From positions 248,001-312,000 of the forward strand of contig JANHCV010000003.1 of the NCBI GenBank assembly GCA_025594325.1: DNA of 64,000 bases. The letters are read 5' to 3'. This DNA is from Blastocladiella emersonii ATCC 22665. Taxonomy: Eukaryota > Fungi > Blastocladiomycota. This document shows, in pieces, positions 47,807-56,759 of the stretch. Made by a program: the position numbers and the translations under genes. A model generated the notes under the pieces. The model had not been told where the DNA came from. It searched no databases and saw only the letters and a program-made list of their open reading frames with translations. Position 1 is the first letter of the stretch; the number at the start of each line of letters is the position of its first letter.

Positions 47807-49492
47807 ATGAGCACCGCGCTGCCGGGCCAGCTGGTCGCGCAGATCGCGTGCAACCACCTGTTCGGCGGCGCCATCCTGCTCGCCCAGGTCAAGGCCGTGT
47901 GCCGCGGCCTCGCGCGCCGCGGGTGGCCCGCGACCGCTGCCACCTGGGCCTTCGTCACCCTGTGGACCTCGCTCATCTTCGACGGCTTCCTCACCTCGGT
48001 CCCGTCGACCCCCGCCCACGTCGACGTCGCCCTCGCCATGGCCGGCACCTTCCTCCGCACGCTCGGCGTCGCCGCGATTGTGGTGTTGGCGGCGGCCCGC
48101 GCAACGGGCATCGTCGACGGGAACACGCTCGCGCCCGGGTTCCGCGCGTTCCTGTCGTCGTCGTCGGGCGCGCATACGGGGTCGAGCCAAGCTGCCGCAG
48201 ACGGTGACGAGTCGCCGCGCGGCCGCAGCACCGGCAAGCTCCCCGGCTCCCCCTCGCGCGTCGTCGCATGCGCGTGCCTCGCGTCGCCCGTCGCCACGAC
48301 GCTCGTCGCACTGCAGCTCGCCGCGACCGCCGCGTGGCTCATCACCAACCTCGCGTACCAGACGGCCGCGCTGAACCCCGACCCGGTCACGGGCGCCGCC
48401 AAGGCGTGGGCCGAGCAGAACGTCAACTGGACCACGCACTCGGTCGTCGGGCTCGCGCGCGCCGCGATTGCCGTCGCGTTCGTCGCGTACTTTGAGGGAT
48501 ACGTCACGTGGACGCTCCTCGCCGGCGCGTACCGGCACCAGCTCAACGACGAGGCGGACGTGGACCGGCACGTCGGGTTCCTCGAGCCGTGGGCGCTCCT
48601 GCGCACGCCCGCCGACGAGAACGAGTTTGATGATCGCGTGCGCCCGCTGTCGCGCCACGCGCGCGCCGCCGCGCGGTTCCGCGTCGTCTACGTCGTCCTG
48701 ATCGCCGCCGTGTTCGTCGCCCAGCTCGCCTTCTACCTCGCCGCCGTCATCGGCGGGAACGGGACCAGCCGCCGCGCGTTCGCCCCGCTCGACGGCATGG
48801 CGTACTCCATTATCCTGTGCAGGATCTACGAGTTTCGCGATGAATTCTTGCTCGTCGAGGATCCCGCCGCCGCGGGCGACGGTTCGTCGGCAGCGGCGAG
48901 CAGCGCGCAGGGCGCCGAGACCGCGTCGTCGGTCCTCCGCCACCGCATGCGCATGCGCCGCGGCGGGCGTGCCGGCGGCCCGCGGTACACGCCCGCCGGG
49001 TTCAGCGACGGCACGTCGACCGAGGGCGAGAGCGGCGACGAACTCGACTACGAGGATGACGCCGAGCTCGGGTTCAGCGACCACGAGCTGGTCCCGTACG
49101 CCGCGGCGGCCGCGGACGCCGACGAGGGCGTCGATCTCGACGTCGAGGAGGACGCGCGCGCGCGGTTTTACACGGCGCACACGACGCAGCAGTCGTCGTC
49201 CCAGGTCGAGATGAGCCCGAAGCTCGCCATAGCCGGGCTCGCGGCGGGCAGCGCGGGCGCCGGCGCCGGGGTCCCGCCGCCGCTGTACACGACGCGCGAC
49301 GCCATCATGGCCAACGCCGCGGCCGCGTCGGCGCTCCGGTACCACGCCGACTTTTTCCGCGCCTACTCGCCCCGCCACCAGCCGCCGACCTCGGTCCCGC
49401 TGTCCCAGGTCTCGTCGGTCGTCGCGAGTGACCAGGGTGGCGGCGGCGGCGACGCGTCGTCGGTCGGGTCGCGCGACTCGCGCACTGGGTAA
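47807..49492 (+). CDS. Orphan 7TM (GPCR-like) protein, paralog 3, intronless
   Basis: NHLFGGAILLAQVKAVC, FVAYFEGYVTWTLL..AYR, RFRVVYVVLIAAVFVAQL and YSIILCRIYEFRDE mirror paralogs 1 and 2. Confidence 0.65.
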   Translation: MSTALPGQLVAQIACNHLFGGAILLAQVKAVCRGLARRGWPATAATWAFVTLWTSLIFDGFLTSVPSTPAHVDVALAMAGTFLRTLGVAAIVVLAAARATGIVDGNTLAPGFRAFLSSSSGAHTGSSQAAADGDESPRGRSTGKLPGSPSRVVACACLASPVATTLVALQLAATAAWLITNLAYQTAALNPDPVTGAAKAWAEQNVNWTTHSVVGLARAAIAVAFVAYFEGYVTWTLLAGAYRHQLNDEADVDRHVGFLEPWALLRTPADENEFDDRVRPLSRHARAAARFRVVYVVLIAAVFVAQLAFYLAAVIGGNGTSRRAFAPLDGMAYSIILCRIYEFRDEFLLVEDPAAAGDGSSAAASSAQGAETASSVLRHRMRMRRGGRAGGPRYTPAGFSDGTSTEGESGDELDYEDDAELGFSDHELVPYAAAAADADEGVDLDVEEDARARFYTAHTTQQSSSQVEMSPKLAIAGLAAGSAGAGAGVPPPLYTTRDAIMANAAAASALRYHADFFRAYSPRHQPPTSVPLSQVSSVVASDQGGGGGDASSVGSRDSRTG

Positions 49493-49633
49493 CGCGCGCG
49501 CAGGAACCGCGCGCGGGCCGTCAATCCGTTACTAGCATTCATTCCCATCCTCGCACGCACACAACAACACGCACATATTGTCTTTATTCGCATCACCATC
49601 TCCAATCAATACACAGCACACGATCACAACGCA

Positions 49634-50902
49634 TCACGTCCCGCGCGTCGCCTTGGCCTTGAGGCGGCGGTCGAGCATCTCGGTGAGCGTGTTGGCGATG
49701 GAGAAGTGGGTCTGCTGGCACCGGTACATGGAGTTTTCGAGGTGGTACTGTGTGACCATGAACGCCTCGAACCACGTCAGGTTGCACGCGAGGTGGGTCA
49801 TGGGCACCACCTCGTCGTGGCGCAGCGTGCCCGCGAGCGACTCGAGGATCTTCTGCATGTTCTGGTTGCTCGACAGGTCGGTGCGGGCCAGCAGCTCGCG
49901 CATGTCGTTGCGCTGCTTGTCGCGGAACGCCTCCTTCTTCTCGCGCTGCGCGTCGAGCCGGATCCGCAGCTGGTTGGCCCGGTCCGCCTCGCTCGCCTCC
50001 TCGATGTTCTCGCAGATGACGCCGATGAACATGTTGGTGAAGATGAAGTTGCTGATCACCATGAACAGGATCGAGTACAGCTCCGACCCCGCGTACCCCT
50101 TGGCCGTCAGGTTCGTCTGCACCGACACCCACCCGGAGCTCGTGATGTAGTACATGAGGCTGAGCAGCGACGCGCCCAGCGTCCCAAAGTCGTCGGCGTC
50201 GGCCTTGTTGTCGGACCCGAACAGGTAGTACCCCATGACGGCGAAGATGAACGTGAAGGCGAACAGGACCGCGACAATGTCGAGCACCGACTTGCGCAGC
50301 GTCAGGAGCAGCGCGTTGACGATGATCTGCAGCCGGCGGACCGACGAAATGGACCGGAATGACCGCAGCGCGCGCAGCGACCGGAACACGCGCAGGAACG
50401 TCAGGTTGCCGAGCGACGCGCCCAGCAGCGAGATGACAAACTGCGCAATCGAAATGGCCAGGATCATGAAATCGAACTTGTTGTACCCGGACCGCCAGTA
50501 CCCGCGCGGCTCGACAAAGATTTTCAGCACAAACTCGACCGTGTAGATGCCGAGGAACAGCAGGTCCGTGTACTGCGAGAACAGCGTCTGGTCGTCCGGT
50601 AACGACGTGTCGATCCCGATCGTGACGCAGTTGGCGAAAATCGTCAGCAGCATCAGCCGCGAGAACAGCGACGAGTTGACGATCCGCGAAACGAACACGC
50701 GCTGACGGTGTAGCTCCTCGGACTGGATCCGCGCGCGCTCTTCGGCCAGCAGCGCGAGCGCGTCCGGCGCGTCGGGCGCGACTTCGTCTGTTCGGTCCGT
50801 CGGTAGACCGTTCGCCGCAAACTCCTGCAGCAGCCGAACGCCCCGCGTCGACGCCTTGTTGATGCCCCACCCGCCAAACGCGACCGAGTTGCCGTTGACC
50901 AT
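49634..50902 (-). CDS. CatSper-like single-domain 6TM voltage-gated cation channel, intronless
   Basis: S1-S3 LMLLTIFANCVTIG / IYTVEFVLKIFV / YWRSGYNKFDF; S4 FLRVFRSLRALRSFRSIS; pore FGTLGASLLSLMYYITSSGW; S6 NFIFTNMFIGVICENIEE; C-terminal coiled coil. Confidence 0.85.
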   Translation of the reverse strand: MVNGNSVAFGGWGINKASTRGVRLLQEFAANGLPTDRTDEVAPDAPDALALLAEERARIQSEELHRQRVFVSRIVNSSLFSRLMLLTIFANCVTIGIDTSLPDDQTLFSQYTDLLFLGIYTVEFVLKIFVEPRGYWRSGYNKFDFMILAISIAQFVISLLGASLGNLTFLRVFRSLRALRSFRSISSVRRLQIIVNALLLTLRKSVLDIVAVLFAFTFIFAVMGYYLFGSDNKADADDFGTLGASLLSLMYYITSSGWVSVQTNLTAKGYAGSELYSILFMVISNFIFTNMFIGVICENIEEASEADRANQLRIRLDAQREKKEAFRDKQRNDMRELLARTDLSSNQNMQKILESLAGTLRHDEVVPMTHLACNLTWFEAFMVTQYHLENSMYRCQQTHFSIANTLTEMLDRRLKAKATRGT

Positions 50903-51214
50903 AGTGGTGGTGTGTTTGTTGCAGGGAGTTTAGATACGTTTCATTCGTGTTTCATGTGTGCAGGGATGGCGGGGAGGAACGCCGCGAGACGAGCTTCGGG
51001 ACGTGTGACGCCACGCGTCGTGGATCACGTGCGAGTGAGCGGCGCGACTTGGTCGGTCGCCCGGCTTCGGGTCCCTCGGTGGCCTCGCGGCGTCACGGAT
51101 GCTCTTTTTTGGTAGGATTTAAGTGTTTAAAGCGCTGAGAAACGGAGTCGCGGGCGACGCGGTTGACTGCTTGGCCGATGTCGCGTTGATGACATGTACA
51201 CGAGCACTCACTGT

Positions 51215-51436
51215 TCAGGCAGCCTTGCTGTTGGCCCTACGGATAGATTGGGAAACACCGAGGGCTGACCTAAATGCTATAGTAAGCCTCCCATTCGGCA
51301 CATGACAGCACTGTAGACGCATTCCACTCAGGGGCAGCACGCAGACGCATTCGACGTGCGCGGCGTCCGCTATACAAGCTTCGCTCAGTTCTATTCTCCC
51401 CCAATCGGCTCCCCTCACCAGCAAGACTTCAATCAT
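51215..51436 (-). pseudogene. Possible ankyrin-like gene remnant
   Basis: Only MIEVLLVRGADW resembles an ankyrin repeat end; short ORF in a lower-GC segment. Confidence 0.2.
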
Positions 51437-51499
51437 TCAATTCAATAAATTCAATAAAATCAACTCAACGAATGCCTTACAATCAAACAACAAAAATTG

Positions 51500-51740
51500 G
51501 AGGGTAAGTGCACCGGCCGAAAATGCGGCCGAACGAGGGTCACCCGGCCCAGCAGGGCAAGGGCACCTCGCAGCTAGGCTCGGTTGCTACTATTCGAGCC
51601 ACCGCCCCGCCGCTGACTCCTAAGCACAGCGCGTGCTCGTGGTCTTGGCAAGGGAAGCACGGACGTGCGGACACGATGCGTGTCACACGCTCCAACCCAG
51701 CTGGTGGATGGTGAGGGAAGGAGGGTAAGGACGGCTTGCA
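51500..51740 (-). ncRNA. Candidate Fanzor omegaRNA scaffold / element right end
   Basis: Lies immediately 3' of the Fanzor stop codon, where TnpB/Fanzor omegaRNAs are encoded. At least five stems: 51678-51690, 51623-51637, 51577-51600 (GGCTCG/CGAGCC), 51533-51571 and 51514-51531 (CGGCCG/CGGCCG). Ends at an abrupt switch to AT-rich sequence below ~51500. Confidence 0.5.
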
Positions 51741-53168
51741 CTACTCGACCGTGGGCGTGGTGCGGCGCTTGCGGTGGTAGCGGTGCTTGGGGCGGGCGGC
51801 GGGCAGCGGGTTGCCGTCCGCGTCCTTGGCCTGGTCCTCGAAGACGAGCTGCTTGATGGCGAACGAGAGGATGTTGACGGCCGCGTTGCGGTCGCGCTGC
51901 ACGCGGACGCCGCAGCGACGGCACGCGCGCGTCTGGTACACCTTCTTGTTGGTCTTGCCGAGCAGGTTGGTCTTGTCGGCCTTGGCGGCGGCGGGGTCGG
52001 CCATGGCGCACGCGGCGCACCACTTGCTCGAGAAGTTCTCGTTGACGGCGTACACGGTGACGCCGCGCGAGCGCAGCTCCTTGACCATCTCGACCACGGG
52101 GCCCTTGTCAGCCGCCGAGATCACGCCGAAGCCCGAGAAGTTGCGGCCAATGAGCACGACGTGGCCGCGCAGCGCGCGGGCGAGGTCGGCCCAGTACGCC
52201 TTGCGGCGGCCCTCGTTGGTGAACTTGGTGCTGCACACGCCGTGGCTGCAGCTCTCCTCGATCTTGGGCTCCATGTACTCGGTGGCGACCCGAGCGACCG
52301 CGCGGTGGTCGCCGGCAACGCACGAATGCGCTGCATCGCCTGGTACGAGGCCCGCCTCGGCGCGCGACGCCTTGCGCTGCTCGCGGGCCTGGTCGGTGCC
52401 GACGTGGTGGTGGAACTCGTCACTCGACAGCGACCGGAACAGCGGCCGGGTCAGGACGACGCGCGAGACCGCCGACCGAATGTACGCCTTGAGCACCTCG
52501 GACCACGGGCCGTCGCCACCCCGCGCCGCCAAGTACGCAAGGTACTGGAGCCGCCGGAACAGGCGCGCGAGCTCGAACGGCACGACGAAGCCGGTGAGAA
52601 AGCCGCGCACGCCGGCGTCAATGACAAACATGCGCTGGCCGTAGCGGACGACGATCTTCTTCTTGTGCGACTCGATCTTGTCGCGACCGCCGGGGATCGG
52701 AACCTGGACCGAGCCATGGGGCGCGAGCTTGTCGGCCTCAGCGAGCACCTGGTTGAGCATGAGGCCGCCCGCGCCGTCGACCGAGACGCCTGCAAACGGC
52801 TTGTCGAACTTGTCCGTGGAGCGACGCCCTTGACGCCCGCCCGTCGTGGTGGTGGTGGTGGTGGCCTTGGTCCCGGCCTTCTTCTTGCCGGCAGCCTTCT
52901 TGACCGTGTTGCCGCCGGCGCCCTCCTCGTCGTCCTCCTCGTTACCGCCGTCGCCGACCGTGTCCGCCCTGGGCCGGATGCCGCCCTTGTACAGGTACAC
53001 GCGAACGACATGGCCGTCGGTCGAGATGCGGCCCTGGAACTGGTTGATGAGCGAGCCGCCGGGCCCGTCACGCCGCAGGATGCGCGGGTCGACGAAGCCG
53101 TTGTACAGGTCGAGCAGCGCCGTCCAGTGGGCGAGGTCGGAGCGGGCGCGCTCGAGGTCGGACGAGCA
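51741..53168 (-). mobile_element. Fanzor1-type (eukaryotic TnpB-derived) RNA-guided RuvC nuclease, apparently 5'-truncated
   Basis: 475 stop-free codons. FQGRISTDGHVVRV (Fanzor1-like TDG motif); RuvC-I FVIDAG (D at 52617-52619); VVLIG..., KGP, then relocated RuvC-II VNENFSSKWC (E at 52038-52040); CAAC...CRRC Zn finger; RuvC-III QRDRNAAVNIL (D at 51891-51893); basic C-terminus RPKHRYHRKRR. Confidence 0.88.
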
Positions 53169-53174
53169 TCAGAC

Positions 53175-53385
53175 GTACCCCGCAGGACTTGGGCAGCTCG
53201 GCACGTGAAGAAACAGGAACGCCCGTGTGAACCCCTCAATGATTTCGTCGACAAAGGGACTACATTGTCGCGAGCCAGGGTCAGGTTGAGCGCTAATCGC
53301 CAGCGCCAGCGCCAAGCAACAGACGCACCCAGTGAACGTGTCGGTGATCCCGAGCTGCTTCTTCAGCGCCGCGTCACGGTAGTGT
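53175..53385 (-). pseudogene. Spliced gene relic abutting the 5' end of the Fanzor frame
   Basis: HYRDAALKKQLGITDTFTG | intron GTGCGT...CTGAC...TGTAG | PFVDEIIEGFTRAFLFLHVPSCPSPAG | donor GTACGT, after which no in-phase acceptor exists before the Fanzor frame. Confidence 0.35.
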
Positions 53386-53432
53386 CACAAAAGATCGTCT
53401 ATAACAAAATACCAAACGCGAGTAGTCCTCGC

Positions 53433-56400
53433 TCAGCTCTCATCATCCTTGACCTCTGAGAGTCGAGAATCAACCTCGTCCAACCCGCGCGTGGTGAAAA
53501 CAGGCGCAACCGGATGGCAAAACCACGAAAAGTCGCGGTTCCACTTGCCGTTGGTCCAGCACCGCGTCCAATCAGCAAACGTGAACGGCGCATTTCGTCC
53601 GCTCATGACCACTTGGTACCCGTAGCGGAAATCGAGCTCCCGGCGCGAGATCGGTGCAGAGTCATGGTACAGGACAGCGGATATCCAGAAATCGGCCATG
53701 ACCTTGCTGAAAAGCGGATGCAAAGCCGGTGGACAGAGTTCCGCCATGGGCGAGATGAGGAGAACGAGTTGAGTACACAGCGGCGGGCTAAACCAAGACA
53801 TGTGCGGCCCGTCATGATTGATTCGTGCCAGTTGCTCCTGGACAAGGGTTCCAAACGGAACGCCCATGTACTCAAGGACAATGACGGCACCAAAAGAGAC
53901 GCCAAGCTCGCGCCAAGTGGATCGAGCGTGAAGCTTACGCGGCGGCCCCAAGCCTGGTCGCTCTTCATAGATAGCCGTTGGAGAAGAAAAGAGCTCCTTA
54001 GCGTGAGGAAACTTGGAGAACCGAAGAGCTGCAGCAATCACATCGCCGATCACGTCAGAAGGGGCAACCCAGCTCGCACGGATGTAGTGCAGGCCAGTAT
54101 GGCCCGCGTACACCTTGACAAAAACAAGCATGTGGCGGGAAGCGAGGAGGTCCACAAGGGCTGCATCTGACCGTGAGGCTGCGGCCCCAAGAAGAGAAGT
54201 GCCGTCCATCATGGTGGGCTGCGAGATCGCGAGAACGCGCAGGACGCGATTGTTGGCTGCGTCGCGCGTTGCAGCCGTCAGCTGCGGCGCGCGTTTCTTG
54301 CCTCGCTGCGGCTTTTTCTTTGTCTCGAGTTTGAAGCTGCTAGCCGTAAGAAGCTGTTGAACCGTGGCATCGCCGTCAAGCAAGAGTCCATCCGTCACAG
54401 GCCGCGCATCGGTTCCAGCACAGTCGCTGGTCAATTGCCAAAAGAGCGGCGAGGCGGAAAATTGACCCAAAATCTTTTTCGTGAGCTCCATTTGCATGAG
54501 GCAGTATCGGACAGTGGACCATTTGGTTTCCGGGTAGACCCAAAGCCGAATGTGGCACGGCACCAAGTCCGAGTCAAAGTCCCACACGCCAGCACCGGCG
54601 TAGTGCGCGCTGATCAGGTCGGACCAGACCACGTCGACGCACACCATAGAAGTGGGAAGATCGCGGACAAGAAGCGACCGGACCTCGGTCTCGAATCGCG
54701 CGCGTCCACCGGTCGTCCCGCACGGAGCAGAGATGCGGTGCAGCGCTGGAATTCCACGTTTGGTGAAGGCGTCTGGCTCGTCTGGCAACCCGGCCTCCAG
54801 GTCTGCCTCAAAGTCGCTGGTGGTTGGAGAATGCGGCGGTGCGCGAGGGAGTGGCTCTTTGAGCAATGCTGGGAATGTCAAGCGCCAGATCGCCTCGTCA
54901 TCGTCCAAGTCTGAAGTCGTGTCGGAGCTGAAAGCTGCAACAGAAGAAGGAACAGAAGTGTCGATGAGATCGCAGGAAGTCAGCTCGAAAGAAGGCGTGA
55001 CGTCAGAAGGCTCCATTTCCGCGGAGACACTAAAGTCTACGATTAAGCCAATGTCATCGTGCTGCTCAGAGCCACCTACACCGTTGAGGCGAGTCAGATC
55101 TGCATGTAAGTGCGCTTTTGGGCAGTATATCGCGTACCTTCGTCGACCGTGATCGCGTCGTCAACCTGCGCGTCAAGCGTCGACAAGGCAAGCGCGTCAA
55201 GCGTCGACAAAGTAGGCGCATCGAGCGCTGACAAAGCAGGCGCATCGAGCGCTGACAAACCAGGCGCATCGAGCGCTGACAAACCAGGCGCGACGAGCGC
55301 TGGCAAAGCAGGCGCGACGAGCGCTGGCGAAGCAGTCGCGACGAGCGCTGGCGAAGCAGTCGCGACGAGCGCTGGCGAAGCAGTCGCGACGAGCGCTGGC
55401 GAAGCAGTCGCGTCAAGCGGCTCGCAGGCGTCGCCTCGCGCCAGAGCCTCGCCCTCAAGCGGTGAGTTGGGCTCAGTGTCTTCGAATTCAACATCTTCGG
55501 CAAGTAACGCAGGCGAGATTCGGCAAGTTTCCAACTCGCGAGAGGAAGGTTCGTCGGCATCAACAGCAGCCACGCTATCGTTGGCTAGAGGAATGTCCGC
55601 GGATGGGCTCGACGGTGACGAAATGGTGGGTGCAGCGGAATCGACCGGGCTTGATGAAGCAGAATGTACGGATTCAAAATCAGAAGTAGTGTCTTGATCG
55701 TCATCCGACTCGCATGGCCCGTCAGACTCTGACTGTGAAAATTGCGAAGCCTCGTCAACAAGATCGACGTGTTCCGCAAGCTCGGCCGAGTCATTGGTCA
55801 GCACGATCTCGCGAGTTGCGTCAGCGACCGCATTTAGCGTGGGAATGACGAGGGTCGGAGATTGCATGGGAGTCGCGACTGGTGGGTCCGTCCAAGCAGG
55901 CTGCGGTTGCGGCGGAGGCTGCGACGACTGATGCGGCTGCATGAACGGCCAAGTCCCGAAAGCTCCGGTCAAAAAGTCGGGCAAGTGGTCGGTCGCAGCA
56001 TGCTGGGGCCAATCCTTCGCTTGGGCAGAATTGTCGTATCGGGCATCGTAAACCGGCGGAGCCGGCACTACGGGAGGTTGCAGCTCGAGAACTACCGGGC
56101 AAAGTCCAAGCGTCCAACTATCGCCGCCGGGAATACCAGCTACATCGACGCGTTCCTGGGCGCGCATGCGCAGAGTACCCGCGAGCTCCGGCTTGGCATA
56201 GTGAAGCGCGGCGAGGTGCCAGAAGCGGCGCGGCAAGCCAAGCGTGGTGAAATCGGCCTCGAGGACGCGAAGCCAGGCGGCGGGATCCGGGTCCCCGGAA
56301 GCGCTGAGAGCGGGAACGACGAGTCGTTGCTGAGCAAAATGCAAGAGATCGAGGTTCAGAGCTGCATCGTCGACCGAGAAGGTGGCAGGCATGGCGTGAT

Positions 56401-56545
56401 GCGTAGCGTCAGGGGCAGCGGCGGGAACTGTTCCAGAAGGCCAGGGTGGCGGGTGCGGCAGATCCGCATCCCACGGCGGAGCGCCAAACGGACCATAGCC
56501 ATGGTCCTGCTGAGCATAATTCATGGGGTTGAAGTGCGTCTCCAT
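53433..56545 (-). CDS. Chimeric protein, copy 2: Gag-like N-terminus, acidic linker, USP7/Ubp15 UBL1-2-like domains (one intron at ~55076-55137)
   Basis: ORFs 55094-56545 and 53433-55016 are collinear paralogs of 24034-27014 (METHFNPM.YAQQ, DPDPAAWLRVLEAD.TTLGLPRRFWHLAALHYAKP, HMLVFVKVY) and have the same GTACGC...CTGAC...TGTAG intron at the same position. Confidence 0.7.
55185..55410 (-). repeat. 24-bp coding minisatellite (ATASPALV x~4, then PxLSALDA x~5)
   Basis: Repeated agcgctggcgaagcagtcgcgacg and gcatcgagcgctgacaaa units; absent from the paralog at 24034-27014. Confidence 0.85.
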
Positions 56546-56759
56546 TCGTTTTACATGAGCGGGCGAGGAGGGTTCGGAGGCCCGCTAGCGCTGCTTGTTT
56601 TGCCGCGGCGTTTCTCAGCCACAGCAGCCGCCAGTCACATGGCCGCAATCGACGCATCCATCCACGCGTCGCGTTCCGCGCTTTCGCAGGCCGGCCACCC
56701 CGCAACCCTCGCACATCGATTCTTCAATGCAGCTATAACCTATTGCATCGGCCACAACC

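Noticed and set aside
44163-49492. Microbial or animal-type opsins (given the nearby guanylate cyclase)
   Set aside because: No retinal-binding Lys motif in TM7 (no DxxxK or equivalent) in any of the three proteins.
55185-55410. CRISPR-like array
   Set aside because: The units are contiguous 24-bp repeats without unique spacers and lie in frame in a CDS: a coding minisatellite in a eukaryotic gene.
24034-56545. The two inverted chimeric genes as giant terminal inverted repeats of one 32-kb element
   Set aside because: The copies are substantially diverged, their outer flanks do not align, and the interval contains ordinary conserved genes (TSC13, cyclase, CatSper-like channel).
50950-56700. 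Autonomous transposase (IS607 serine recombinase, Mariner, MULE, Helitron Rep) partnering the Fanzor
   Set aside because: No DDE, HUH/Y1, serine-recombinase or helicase motifs were recognisable in the neighbouring ORFs.
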